Of a stretch of 64,000 nt of DNA, positions 30,171 to 40,184 are shown piece after piece. The translations under genes and the position numbers were made by a program. The notes beneath the pieces were generated by a model. It was not told the DNA's origin, searched no databases, and was given only the letters and a program-made list of their open reading frames with translations. Position 1 is the first letter of the stretch. Each line of letters begins with the position of its first letter. This stretch comes from Chloroflexota bacterium (GTDB taxonomy: Bacteria; Chloroflexota; UBA11872; VXOZ01): contig OZ219802.1 in the NCBI GenBank assembly GCA_964291655.2, forward strand, positions 1,440,001-1,504,000. Reading direction: 5' to 3'.

Positions 30171-31400
30171 CTACCGCGACCGCAGAATATCTGTGTCCCG
30201 CAGGATGCGCGCCGCCTGCAAGGCCAGCAACACCGTACCGAAATTCAACGCACCGGCAATTGCAAAGGGCAGCGGCGCAGATAGGCCGATGAGAATGCCC
30301 GCGGCCATGGTGCCGCCGAGGTTTCCGAACGTCCATGCCGCCTCGGTGATGGCGGTAAGGCGCCCTTGCTCTTGTCCCTCACCCGATACGCGCACGAGCG
30401 ACGGCATCAGCGAGGCAAGCCACTGACCCCCCAGGCTCGTGAAAATTGCCGATACGGCGAGCAACAGGGCATTGTCCACGAATAGGGCGCAGCCAAACGG
30501 GCCGAGGGCGAGCGTGAGACTGCTCGCTATTACCGGAATAGCTCTGCCAATGCGATCGGAGAGCCAGCCAACCACAAGACCGGTGGACCCCGTAACCAAC
30601 GCGCTGACGGTGGCATACAAGGCAACCGCCGTCACCGAGTCTGTCAGGCGGAAAATGAGCAGTGGAAGCAGCACCGAACTCGTGCCAAGCCACCACGTCG
30701 GCAGAAATCGAATCCCTATGAGACGCAATATGAGCGGTCGCCGCCACAGCACCTGGTAGGAGCGCAACATCTCCCACGCGGACAGCGTTTGCACCTGTTC
30801 CAACCGGATTTGCGGTAGGAACAACACGCCGAAGAACACGAGCAGCAGATTCCCCACCAGCATCCCGATGCCCAACGTGCGAAAACTAAACTGATCGGCA
30901 ATTGGGCCTGCCGCCGCGTTGCCCAGCGCGCTGCCAATTGTCGGCCCGGCAAAGTAGAGCGCCCCCATCAAGCCCATACTCCCCAGCGGCGCTACCAGGG
31001 CAAGATAGGCGCGTGAAGACGTGGTGCGCAACGTAAAGAGCGCGCCGTACAGGATTGCCAGAAAGACGAGCAGACGGGTGTCGGACACCATGAACATGAG
31101 CCCGCCAATGCTCACCGCCGTCATGCCCAGCAGCAAGAGATACTTCGCTCCAACGCGGTCCGCCAACATGCCGCCGATGAAGAGAATGGCGATGCGCACG
31201 AGGTTTTGGAGCGAGAAGAGCGTGGAGGTCAGGATTGGCGATCCGCCGAGCACTTTCTCGACGTACACGGGAAAAAGCGAGCGTCCGGGCGTGCCCAGTG
31301 TGGCGTTGAGGAAGAAGATCGCCAGGAAGAGAATGAGCGGCTTGAGGTACCGGTGTTCCGAAAGAGGTGAGCGTTGAGCGGGGTTGTCAGTTGCGGCCAT
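30171..31400 (-). CDS. MFS transporter
   Basis: GMLADRVGAK and GWLSDRIGR motif A; about 12 TM helices. Confidence 0.9.
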   Translation of the reverse strand: MAATDNPAQRSPLSEHRYLKPLILFLAIFFLNATLGTPGRSLFPVYVEKVLGGSPILTSTLFSLQNLVRIAILFIGGMLADRVGAKYLLLLGMTAVSIGGLMFMVSDTRLLVFLAILYGALFTLRTTSSRAYLALVAPLGSMGLMGALYFAGPTIGSALGNAAAGPIADQFSFRTLGIGMLVGNLLLVFFGVLFLPQIRLEQVQTLSAWEMLRSYQVLWRRPLILRLIGIRFLPTWWLGTSSVLLPLLIFRLTDSVTAVALYATVSALVTGSTGLVVGWLSDRIGRAIPVIASSLTLALGPFGCALFVDNALLLAVSAIFTSLGGQWLASLMPSLVRVSGEGQEQGRLTAITEAAWTFGNLGGTMAAGILIGLSAPLPFAIAGALNFGTVLLALQAARILRDTDILRSR

Positions 31401-31557
31401 GCGCCTGTTTCGTTTGTGAGTTGGCCTGTACGAATACGGGGAAAACGAGTTATGTGAAGTCTGGGCCGTATACAACGACCGGCGCGAATCACCGCTTCCT
31501 TGTAGCGCGGAGGCTTAGTCCCTTGCGTGCGGATGCGCTGACACGGCGCAGAGAAGA

Positions 31558-31958
31558 TGGATTCCCGCATGCACGGGAACGACGCTACCTGGGAACGAGG
31601 GCGTCCCGCCCGCATCGATGGATTCCCGCATTCGCGGGAATGACGGTCGACACGCCTCTCACGTTGTCCTCTTACATTCGCTCATTTGCCTGCCCTTTTT
31701 CAACATACAAATGACGGCTTTGGTGGCGCATTTCTCTGCGTAGCGCGGGGGCTTGTCCTCCGCCTCTGTCGTCCGCAGAGCCTGCTCCGTACGTGATACG
31801 GGGTTGCAAACCTGTCCCGAGCACTTCGGCAGGCTCAGCACAGGCTCTGTCGAAGGGCCTGCGCTACCAGGTCATTTCGGTGCCTCGCCTGCTCTGGTTT
31901 CTGACATGCGCACTTTTCTCCCGCCTTTGTCATTCGCAGGTTACAAACCTGCGCTACC
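31558..31958. repeat. Mixed REP cluster (families A, B, D, F) with nested inserts
   Basis: Direct sequence comparison with other copies in the window. Confidence 0.85.
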
Positions 31959-32087
31959 GGATCATTACGGTGCCTATCCCGTTCCGGTACCTGACACAAC
32001 CGCGTACCCCCGCCTCCAGGCATGGGGCGTGCACAACGATTACGGATCCGCTCTGCGGGGCGGTCTGTGTGTGGCGGCAAGACCATC

Positions 32088-33113
32088 CTATAGGGCTATG
32101 TCCACAGGATCGCCGTTTTGCTGCAGCGATTCATAGATCGCCCACGTAACGGCCAGAGCAATGCGCGCATCCTCGGCGCTGGCCTGCACCGGCTCTTCGC
32201 CCCGGATCGCCCGTATCGCGTGCTGCGTTAAGAGCAACTGGCTGTCACCGCCGTAGGGACCGAATTCTTCGCTCGCTCCGCCCTCCCGCAGGATCTTGAA
32301 ACCATCTCGGGGACGGCTCGGCGTCAACGCGCCCTGGGGGCCGAGAATATCGTCAATCCGTCCCTGCGGTTGCACGCCCGGCGGCAAGCCCCACGAGATG
32401 CTGAACGCGGCCAGGTCGCCGCTGCCGTACTCCAACGCAACCGTGGCCGTATCCGGCGCCTTGTTTGCGAAGTGGGCGATTTCCGGCCGGTCTTTGGCAA
32501 GCGTGAAGCCGTGGGCGCTCACCCGCACCGGATTCGTGCCCGTGAGCCAGCGCCAGTAGTCAAAGTAGTGGGTCATGAAGTCGTTGAGCGGGCCGCCGTT
32601 GCCGCGGTCCATGTCGTGCATAGCCAGCTTGGGGCGAATGTGAGTGGCCGAGTGCATGCGGAACATGACCGGGCTGCCCAGGGCACGATCTCGCATCGCC
32701 TGTTGCACGGCTGCGGGCGCGTCGCCGAAGCGGCTTTGAAAGTTAATGACGAACACGACGCCTGTCGCGTTCAAAGCCGCGATCATCCGGTCGGCCTGGT
32801 CCAGCCGCATGGCGATCGGTTTTTCGCTCAGCATGTGCTTGCCGTGCTCGGCGGCGAAGATCGTCACCTCTTCGTGGTAGAAAGCCGGTGTACAAATGGA
32901 GACCACATCGATGTCATCGCGCTGTACCGCTTCCCGATAGTCGGTGAAGACGAGTGGCGCTTCAAATGCTGCCGCCAACTCCTGAGCGCGGTCTTCCAGC
33001 ACGTCCACGACTGCCGCCACTTCCGCCTCTCCGGACGCCGCCCAGGCTGTGGCGTGGGCATTCCCCCGCGCGCCGGTGCCGACGATACAGACGCGATATT
33101 TGCCGTTAGCCAT
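32088..33113 (-). CDS. Gfo/Idh/MocA family oxidoreductase
   Basis: IVGTG, SEKP, GGPLNDFMTHYFD. Confidence 0.92.
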   Translation of the reverse strand: MANGKYRVCIVGTGARGNAHATAWAASGEAEVAAVVDVLEDRAQELAAAFEAPLVFTDYREAVQRDDIDVVSICTPAFYHEEVTIFAAEHGKHMLSEKPIAMRLDQADRMIAALNATGVVFVINFQSRFGDAPAAVQQAMRDRALGSPVMFRMHSATHIRPKLAMHDMDRGNGGPLNDFMTHYFDYWRWLTGTNPVRVSAHGFTLAKDRPEIAHFANKAPDTATVALEYGSGDLAAFSISWGLPPGVQPQGRIDDILGPQGALTPSRPRDGFKILREGGASEEFGPYGGDSQLLLTQHAIRAIRGEEPVQASAEDARIALAVTWAIYESLQQNGDPVDIAL

Positions 33114-33360
33114 GTGTCGTGCGCTCCTCTCCAGCTAGGCTTTGCGGCAAGCGAAATTCCCGCAAAACGTGGCCCGGACTTGGTTGCCGGTTCGTGCTTG
33201 CAATTGTCGCATTTGCCCTAGCATGGGGCATCGAGCCCCGTGCTGTCAACGCAGGCACGCGGCGGCAGGTGGAAAACACGCCTGTCTCAGAACTCTTTCA
33301 GATTGTCTGCGGATAATGGAATCACACAGCTTCTACTACCCATTACAAAGGAGGTGCAAT

Positions 33361-34482
33361 GTGCGATACCGGAATCTTTTTGGGGTACTCCTGCTCGCTT
33401 TGGTGATTCTTGTGAGTGGGTGTAGCGCGGCAATTGTGCAAGATCCCCCATCCGCGGCAGACAAGCCGGCGGCGAGCCAAGCCGCATCCGCCGGTCCCGG
33501 ACCGGCATTCGCATCAACGGGAGACATACGCACCATCGTGCAGGAAGTCGTGAACCAAGTACGGCCGTCGGTGGTGCAGGTAGCAAACGAGCAAAGGCGG
33601 CAAGGGCCCTCCGGCGACCCGGTGCTGGTTCCAACGGGGTCTGGCTCGGGCTTTATCATCGACGCCGCCGGGCACATCATCACGAACAATCACGTTGTCG
33701 ACGGCGCCGAGCGGCTTACCGTCGCCTTGCCGGACGGACGGTTGTTCGTGGCAGAGACTGTCGGCCGCGACCCTCGTACCGACCTGGCGGTTATCAAGAT
33801 TGAAGGTGAAGACTTGCCGATAGTGGCGCTGGGAACATCGCAGGACCTGGCAATCGGACAGTGGGTAATCGCCATCGGCAATGCCCTTGGGCTACCCGGC
33901 GGCCCGACCGTAACAGTCGGCGTGGTGAGCGCCACCGGCCGCACCGCGCGCCCTGACGAGAACTTTCTCTTCGACCTCATTCAAACCGACGCCGCGATCA
34001 ATCCCGGCAACTCCGGCGGACCCCTGATAGATCTGGCGGGACGCGTCATCGGCATCAACACGCTTGGCGCCGGTCTCATCAGGCCTGGGTTGCAAGCGCA
34101 GGGCATCGGCTTTGCAATCGCCATCGATACCGCCAAACCGCTCACGCAACAGATCATCGAAACCGGCAGAGTTGCGCATCCCTACATCGGTGTTGCGCTG
34201 TTCTACAACAACCCGATCATCGCGGAGCAAGACGGACTGCCCAACATTGCAGGCGCCGTGATCGCGCGGGTGGAGGCAGGCAGCCCCGCCGATGAGGCCG
34301 GTCTGGAACCGAACGACATCATCATCGCGGCGGATGCCGAAAGGCTTGTTGACGAGAGTACGCTCTATCGCATCCTCTCTCGCCGCATGCCGGGCGATGA
34401 ACTTGCGTTGACGGTGCAGCGTGGCGAGGAGCAACGGGAGATTTCATTGGCTCTCGGCGTGTTTCCCAACACGCCGCAATAG
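33361..34482 (+). CDS. HtrA/DegP-family serine protease lipoprotein
   Basis: GTG after AAGGAGG; lipobox VSGC; TNNHVV, DLAV, INPGNSGGPL, PDZ. Confidence 0.93.
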   Translation: MRYRNLFGVLLLALVILVSGCSAAIVQDPPSAADKPAASQAASAGPGPAFASTGDIRTIVQEVVNQVRPSVVQVANEQRRQGPSGDPVLVPTGSGSGFIIDAAGHIITNNHVVDGAERLTVALPDGRLFVAETVGRDPRTDLAVIKIEGEDLPIVALGTSQDLAIGQWVIAIGNALGLPGGPTVTVGVVSATGRTARPDENFLFDLIQTDAAINPGNSGGPLIDLAGRVIGINTLGAGLIRPGLQAQGIGFAIAIDTAKPLTQQIIETGRVAHPYIGVALFYNNPIIAEQDGLPNIAGAVIARVEAGSPADEAGLEPNDIIIAADAERLVDESTLYRILSRRMPGDELALTVQRGEEQREISLALGVFPNTPQ

Positions 34483-34490
34483 CGAATCCG

Positions 34491-34590
34491 GGCTGGAGAT
34501 TTCAGCCGCCGCGCGCTGGAGACTTCAGCCCTCTCGGGCTGTAGACTTCAGCCTTATCAGGCTGCAGACTTCAGCCCCTTAGGGCTATAG
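34491..34590. repeat. Tandem array of 17-bp hairpin units, 23-bp period
   Basis: (g/c)gctgNaga(c/t)ttcagcc x4 plus a partial fifth, with 6-nt variable spacers. Confidence 0.85.
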
Positions 34591-34668
34591 GCGACCGATA
34601 GCCGTAAGGTTCGGACGGAGGCTGCCCGTGCCACTGCCCGCGTGTTCAGACCGGCAGGAACGGTTGCG

Positions 34669-35847
34669 CTACCAGCGCGGCCGCATGGGCAGCCAGCTCG
34701 GATCGCGTTCCTGCATAGCGGAAACGTCGTCTCTGGCCGCTGCCTCGTTTTCAAGGTAGCGCTCGTGGGCCTCCTGCAGGCGGTCTTCATCCACTTCCAC
34801 GCCCAGCCCCGGGTCCTCCGGCACGGGAAACGCCCCGTCCACGAATTGCAGCGGCCCGCCGGCCACGATGTCGTCGTCCTCATTCCACGGGTAGTGCGTG
34901 TCCGACGCGTAGATAAGATTCGGCGCCGCGGCCGCCCAGTGGGTCATGGCCGCCAGCGAGATTCCGGTGTGGTTGTTGCTGTGTTGGGAGACACCGAGCC
35001 GGAACGTCTCGCAGATTTTGGCCAGTTGCAGCGATGCCAGCATGCCGCCCCAGTGGTGGTGATCGCCCAGCACCACCTGCACGGCGTCCATCTCTACGGA
35101 CGGGGCGATGTGGGAAAAAGCCGTCACGACCATATTCGTCGACAAAGGAATAGGCGTGGCTTGCGCCACGGCTGCCATGCCCGCCAAGTCCGGCGCCGGG
35201 TCCTCCAAGTATTCCAGGTCCAATTCCTCCACCCAGCCGGCAAAGCGGATGCTCGTTTCCACCGACCAGATGGCGTTGGGGTCGATGCGTAGTTCATGGT
35301 TTGGGAAACGGGTACGGAGTTGGAGCATGGTCTCGGCTTCCACTTCGGGCGGCAGCACACCGCCCTTGAGCTTGAGCGTTTGGAAGCCGTAGCGTTCTAC
35401 AAACGTCTCCGCCTGATCCACGAGCTGCTCCGGACTCATGGCCTCGCCCCACTCGTCGTCGCCCTCGTATTTGTAGAAGAGATACGCCGAATAGGGAACG
35501 GTGTCGCGCACCTTGCCGCCGAGCACGTCGCAGACGGGCCGCCCGGTTTCCTTGCCCAGCAGGTCGAGCATGGCGGTCTCGTACGCGGCAAAGACCGGCG
35601 GATTGTTGATGAGGATGCGCGTCCGGTTGAACTGCGCCGGGTCCTGGTCTTGCACGATGGATGCGGCGCTCTGCAGCTTCCTTACCATCTCATCGCCGCC
35701 ATAGGTCTCGCCCCAGCCCACGCAGCCGTCGTCCGTGGTGAGACGCACGATCACGCGCAGCGCCACGGGCTCGTGCACGCCCCACGAGTTGCGTAACGGG
35801 GGATCGCTAATGGCGATGGGAATTACGTCTACGTCAACGATACGCAT
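34669..35847 (-). CDS. Enolase superfamily, glucarate dehydratase-like
   Basis: KLKGG, IDPN, YLEDP, STNM, HSNNH, DTHYPW. Confidence 0.9.
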   Translation of the reverse strand: MRIVDVDVIPIAISDPPLRNSWGVHEPVALRVIVRLTTDDGCVGWGETYGGDEMVRKLQSAASIVQDQDPAQFNRTRILINNPPVFAAYETAMLDLLGKETGRPVCDVLGGKVRDTVPYSAYLFYKYEGDDEWGEAMSPEQLVDQAETFVERYGFQTLKLKGGVLPPEVEAETMLQLRTRFPNHELRIDPNAIWSVETSIRFAGWVEELDLEYLEDPAPDLAGMAAVAQATPIPLSTNMVVTAFSHIAPSVEMDAVQVVLGDHHHWGGMLASLQLAKICETFRLGVSQHSNNHTGISLAAMTHWAAAAPNLIYASDTHYPWNEDDDIVAGGPLQFVDGAFPVPEDPGLGVEVDEDRLQEAHERYLENEAAARDDVSAMQERDPSWLPMRPRW

Positions 35848-36258
35848 TGGTTATTGCTCCTTTTGCAGACTTCATGCTCTTGCGTCGATGGTTCGAAGCG
35901 TCCACATCGATAGACTGAGGTCCGGTAGCGTAGGTTTGCGACCTGCGCGATATTCATGTGAGGTGGGGTAATCCCGCCAATCCATCGAATTGAGCACAGG
36001 TTACAAGCCTATGCTACCGCTTATTCCATCCGTCAACTCAAAGCCGCCTCAGTACGGCAGCTTTCGATAGGATACCGTAGCGCGGGGGCTTGTCCCCCGC
36101 TAGCGTATCACTGCCCGGAGTGAGCGAGAAAAGATGGATTCCCGCATGCGCGGGAATGACGGTCGCCTCCCCACTCCCATCTTCGTAGCGCGGGGGCTTG
36201 TCCCCCGCCTCTTCGCTTGCTATGCAAACACCGTATCGAGCAAGGCACTGCGATCGCA

Positions 36259-37125
36259 CTAAAGCACTGACGACAAATCCACCCGCTCGCCGGTCTCGCC
36301 GGACTGCTTCGCCGCCACAAGCATTGCAATAATCTCCAGCATCTCCTCGTGGGGTATAGGGTTCTCCCGGGTCTGTATCATGCGCACCACATTGCGCATC
36401 TGTTCGGCGTAGAAGAAGCTGGCGTCGCGCACGGCGATTTCCGCGCTGCCCTCGGTGCCGTAGACGTTGAGCAGGAACCCGTAACGGGCGGAGCGAATGA
36501 TCTGCATAGTGACGGCACGGCCGTCCGTGTAACGCACGTGGACGAGGTCGAATTCATCCGTGTACTCGTTGCGCACCCACGCGATGCCGGGCCCCATCAC
36601 GGTGTAGAAGAGTTCCGCCGCGTGGATGCCGTAGTAGACGAGCTCGTTCGGGCCGGTGGCCACGGCGACCCGCGCCTCGCCCACCAGCTCTTTTTCGTTC
36701 GCCTTGAAGTCTATGACTTCTCGCGCGTAACGGAGCGCCGACGACGACATGAGCGGCGTATTGTGGGCCTGCGCCAGCCGCACCATCTCCTTGGCGTGAT
36801 CGATGCCAAGCGCAAAGGGCTTATCCACAAACGTCGGCACCCCGGCTTCCAGATACGGCCGCGCCAACTCCAGGTGCGTATCACCCGGGTCTTCCAACAC
36901 AAGCACACCGTCGGCTTTGCCGATCGCCGCGGTTGGCTCGTCGAGCACAGTCTCCAGATCATGTTCGGCCACGAATTCTTCGGCTGCCGCGCGGTCGCGA
37001 TCCCAGAGCATGGAGATACGCGCCACGCCGTTGAGACCTACTCCATTTGGATTCTCCTTGTTGATTAGCTCTGAGAATGAACGGGGATGCTGGGGGCTAA
37101 GTCCGATAATGGCGAGATCGAGCAT
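36259..37125 (-). CDS. Gfo/Idh/MocA family oxidoreductase
   Basis: FVDKPFA, SSSALRY, YYGIHA. Confidence 0.88.
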   Translation of the reverse strand: MLDLAIIGLSPQHPRSFSELINKENPNGVGLNGVARISMLWDRDRAAAEEFVAEHDLETVLDEPTAAIGKADGVLVLEDPGDTHLELARPYLEAGVPTFVDKPFALGIDHAKEMVRLAQAHNTPLMSSSALRYAREVIDFKANEKELVGEARVAVATGPNELVYYGIHAAELFYTVMGPGIAWVRNEYTDEFDLVHVRYTDGRAVTMQIIRSARYGFLLNVYGTEGSAEIAVRDASFFYAEQMRNVVRMIQTRENPIPHEEMLEIIAMLVAAKQSGETGERVDLSSVL

Positions 37126-37442
37126 GGAGTGCTTCCTTTCACACGTTTAGTCTGATTCCGAGATGCTACCTATGGATGGGCCTATGATACTGTACTGTGT
37201 CCGTCTGTGGGGAGCTTTCGATGCGGCGAGCCGCTTAAGTTGCCCGCCTTCGGCAAGCCAACATCTGGCACATCAGGGCTAGGGTCTGCTGCCTTCGCTC
37301 AGTTTCAGAATCAAGGAATCGCCTGGCAAGTCGTATGAACTACAACGAATAGCCAAGTTACACCATCTTGGTGCTCTGCAAAAGCCACATGCGGGAATGG
37401 GTGTCGAGGTGCGTGATCACTCAGCGTTAATTGCTATCTTCT

Positions 37443-38795
37443 CTAGCGTACTGCAATGGATTCCGAGAATGGAGAGCAGCCGGCTTTGTTGCATGCCCTA
37501 ATCTTGTAGGCGGTAGCTCGAAAGGCACCAAAGGCTACATTTGGAGTTGGATCCATGTAACTGACCTGAGGAGCGCTAACTTCCGAGTCGAAGCGAAACG
37601 AGTTGGGATCACTAACAGTGCCTTGATATACCTCGTAGTAGGTTGCCCCTTTCACCGTATCCCAATTCACTCTTGCAAAGTCATGGTGTAGTGGAATGCG
37701 GACCCTCTCCCCTTTGACGCCAGTGGTTCTGAGCGGCGATTCGACCGGCCCATCAGACTCCGTAAGCCCTCCCGATTCATCAGATACAGGTGAGCAACCG
37801 TTGTCGTTGCAGACATGTACCCTATAGAAGTAGATGGTACTTGGGTGCAAGCCTTCGTCTACATACGGGGGACGGTTGAGATTCGACGCTACAGGTTGAT
37901 ATTCACTTTCTCGCGTTCTCCTGCTCAACTGATAGGAGTGATCCTGCAACTGGTAAGAGAATGGCACAAAAGCAGCGTTCCTATAGCCGTCGTTTTCTGA
38001 GCACACTGCGTTGTAGCAGGCCGTGACCCAGTATTGGACATCGTGGGTGTAGCTACCGCCCTGGAGTGCATGCCACTGAACCGTCATCGAATGAGCGCTC
38101 CTGTCGATGACTCTCACACCATCTGGCTGAGGGGGGATCGGACGTGGTTCGTGGGTATAGGCGGTTCCGACCACATTCCCATCCAGCTCCACGATGCAAT
38201 CAATAAGATCAGGGCAACCTGTATAGATCTTGTAATGAGCGGCACCTGGCACAGAATTCCAGATGATCCGTATCGATGACTCAGCTTGGACAGCATGCAC
38301 ATCATCAGGGAAGGGCGGTGGCGGCTGGGCCGGGTTGTCACTTTCGATCTCCGAGCAACCGGAACTGTTGCAAGCAACAACCCAATAGTGTCTGCCGAAT
38401 CCTTGCTGGGTGAGAATGTAGTTAGGTTGCTGAATGCCACTTGCAAGTTCCTGGCAAATGAAGGGCCGGCCATCGAGCAGTCTACAATCTGGGAGCGTTG
38501 GGGAGTGATAGACGGTATAGGATTCCGCACCAGCCGAGGCATCCCATTTGAGCACCTTGTCCGCCCCCACATACCCATAGCGCTGGTTCGCGGGAGTCTT
38601 GGGCGGCCCGCCGAAGGGCCCACAGCAAGTCAAGACCAGAGGGAGCAGAATCGCCAAGAGCAGGATGGCGAGACCCCGCAGTCTTAACGAACAGGCGCCA
38701 ACGTGACAAATGCCTGTTAAGCCAGCCCCGATCGGCGTCTCCTCTGCTCTAGAGACAGAAATCCTTGCTATTGCACCATCCCTACACTTTGCCAT
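37443..38795 (-). CDS. Fibronectin type III repeat secreted/lipoprotein (start uncertain)
   Basis: Hydrophobic signal ending LTCCG; W..V.GA..Y and Y....C....CS repeated four times. Confidence 0.75.
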   Translation of the reverse strand: MAKCRDGAIARISVSRAEETPIGAGLTGICHVGACSLRLRGLAILLLAILLPLVLTCCGPFGGPPKTPANQRYGYVGADKVLKWDASAGAESYTVYHSPTLPDCRLLDGRPFICQELASGIQQPNYILTQQGFGRHYWVVACNSSGCSEIESDNPAQPPPPFPDDVHAVQAESSIRIIWNSVPGAAHYKIYTGCPDLIDCIVELDGNVVGTAYTHEPRPIPPQPDGVRVIDRSAHSMTVQWHALQGGSYTHDVQYWVTACYNAVCSENDGYRNAAFVPFSYQLQDHSYQLSRRTRESEYQPVASNLNRPPYVDEGLHPSTIYFYRVHVCNDNGCSPVSDESGGLTESDGPVESPLRTTGVKGERVRIPLHHDFARVNWDTVKGATYYEVYQGTVSDPNSFRFDSEVSAPQVSYMDPTPNVAFGAFRATAYKIRACNKAGCSPFSESIAVR

Positions 38796-39034
38796 TGTGC
38801 CGGATCCTACTTACGACACATACTTCAAGAGTGATTTAGACAATTGCCAGTCCGTCCCATCATGTACTGGCCAAGCAGAGAGGGCCCATACGAAACGATT
38901 GTACGCGGTCTCTTGCAGGAAGCCAATTGTGCCTACCGCAAGACGGCGATTGCCCGGAACCGGCATCGGCATTGCGGGCGACGTGGCGCGGCGCCCAGCT
39001 GCGTCACCCCCAATTGGTGCCCGCTCTTGCTTCG

Positions 39035-39778
39035 TCAGTCTTGGGAACTCGCCCGCCCATAGACTGACACATGGGCGCCGCTCTGCGCGGTGAACGGCCC
39101 GCGTTGCCAATCGCCCCACCGCTCGCGCAGTCGAAGCCCGGCGAGGCGCGCCATCAGGTCCAGTTCTGACGGCCACACGTAGCGCAATCGTCCGGGATAC
39201 ATGCGGATGCCGTCTTCCGTCAGATGCAGGTGGCGGAAGTCCACTATCTGGTTTACAGCGTCGTGGATCGAAACGTCAAGCCGGACCGAGTCCATTTCAG
39301 GCAGGCTCGCGCGCAGGTGTTGGTTCTCGTCATACCGGGAAATGTCCGGGACAAAGGCGTGGACCAGGAAGACGCCGGACTCATCGAGACGAGACGCCAC
39401 ATTTGCAAAGCACCTGACTTGGTCTTCCTGGGAGGTAAGCATCAGGAAGGTGTTGTTGATGACGAAGACGAGCGAGAAGCTGCCCGCGACCGCAACGTCC
39501 GCGAAGTCGCCGCTGGTCACCGGCAATGTCGCTCCGCCTTCCTTGGCTCGCAGCCTTTCGATCATGGCCCCGGAAGCCTCAATCCCGTGTACCGCTACAC
39601 CGCGCGCCGCCAGGGGCAGCGCGTACGTCCCCGTCCCAATCCCGAGCTCAAGCGCCCGGCCGCCTGCCGCCAGTTCTTCAAGGACGTCGACGCGTGCCGC
39701 TACGTTTCCCGGTCTGTAGAACTCATCGTAGACGCCGGCGATGCGGTCGCCATACGTTGCAGCCGAATACTCTTTCAC
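39035..39778 (-). CDS. Class I SAM-dependent methyltransferase
   Basis: ALELGIGTG; GTG start after GAGGA. Confidence 0.9.
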   Translation of the reverse strand: MKEYSAATYGDRIAGVYDEFYRPGNVAARVDVLEELAAGGRALELGIGTGTYALPLAARGVAVHGIEASGAMIERLRAKEGGATLPVTSGDFADVAVAGSFSLVFVINNTFLMLTSQEDQVRCFANVASRLDESGVFLVHAFVPDISRYDENQHLRASLPEMDSVRLDVSIHDAVNQIVDFRHLHLTEDGIRMYPGRLRYVWPSELDLMARLAGLRLRERWGDWQRGPFTAQSGAHVSVYGRASSQD

Positions 39779-39821
39779 AACACTTTCCTCTCTTCGCGAA
39801 CACACGAGCCAGATGCCCAAC

Positions 39822-39852
39822 AAAACAAAAGACCTCCCATGCATGGGAGGCC
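39822..39852 (-). terminator. Intrinsic terminator in the 5' leader of the methyltransferase
   Basis: ggcctcccatgcatgggaggtc followed by ttttgtttt on the minus strand. Confidence 0.75.
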
Positions 39853-39882
39853 GTGATGACTTACTTCTTGAGTGCGCGGTCG

Positions 39883-39969
39883 CTACGTCCTCCCCAATAC
39901 GCATAGCCACGGCAGCGGTGCCGCCGCGGCGCTGGCGTTAATCGGGAAATTGTAGGCCGCAGATAACAT
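39883..39969 (-). other. Candidate 28-aa leader peptide MLSAAYNFPINASAAAAPLPWLCVLGRT
   Basis: AGGAG 10 nt upstream of the ATG; stop overlaps the predicted antiterminator strand. Confidence 0.35.
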
Positions 39970-40184
39970 GCCCAATGTTCTCCTATCTACTGCGGGAGTA
40001 TGACACAGTTCTAACTCTTCTGACAACCCTCAATCTCATCTTGTAGAGAGAGGCTCTACGCTTATGGGCTTGTCACATTGCCAAACACCTGCTATACATA
40101 TTACGTATAGACACTCTCTCCCTAACGTACAGGAAAGAGTCGATAGTTTGTGTAGTGCGCGCAGTTGTTTAGAGGAGTCCAACC

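Noticed and set aside
34491-34590. Possible CRISPR array
   Set aside because: 17-bp repeats with 6-nt spacers are far too short; kept as a repeat finding.
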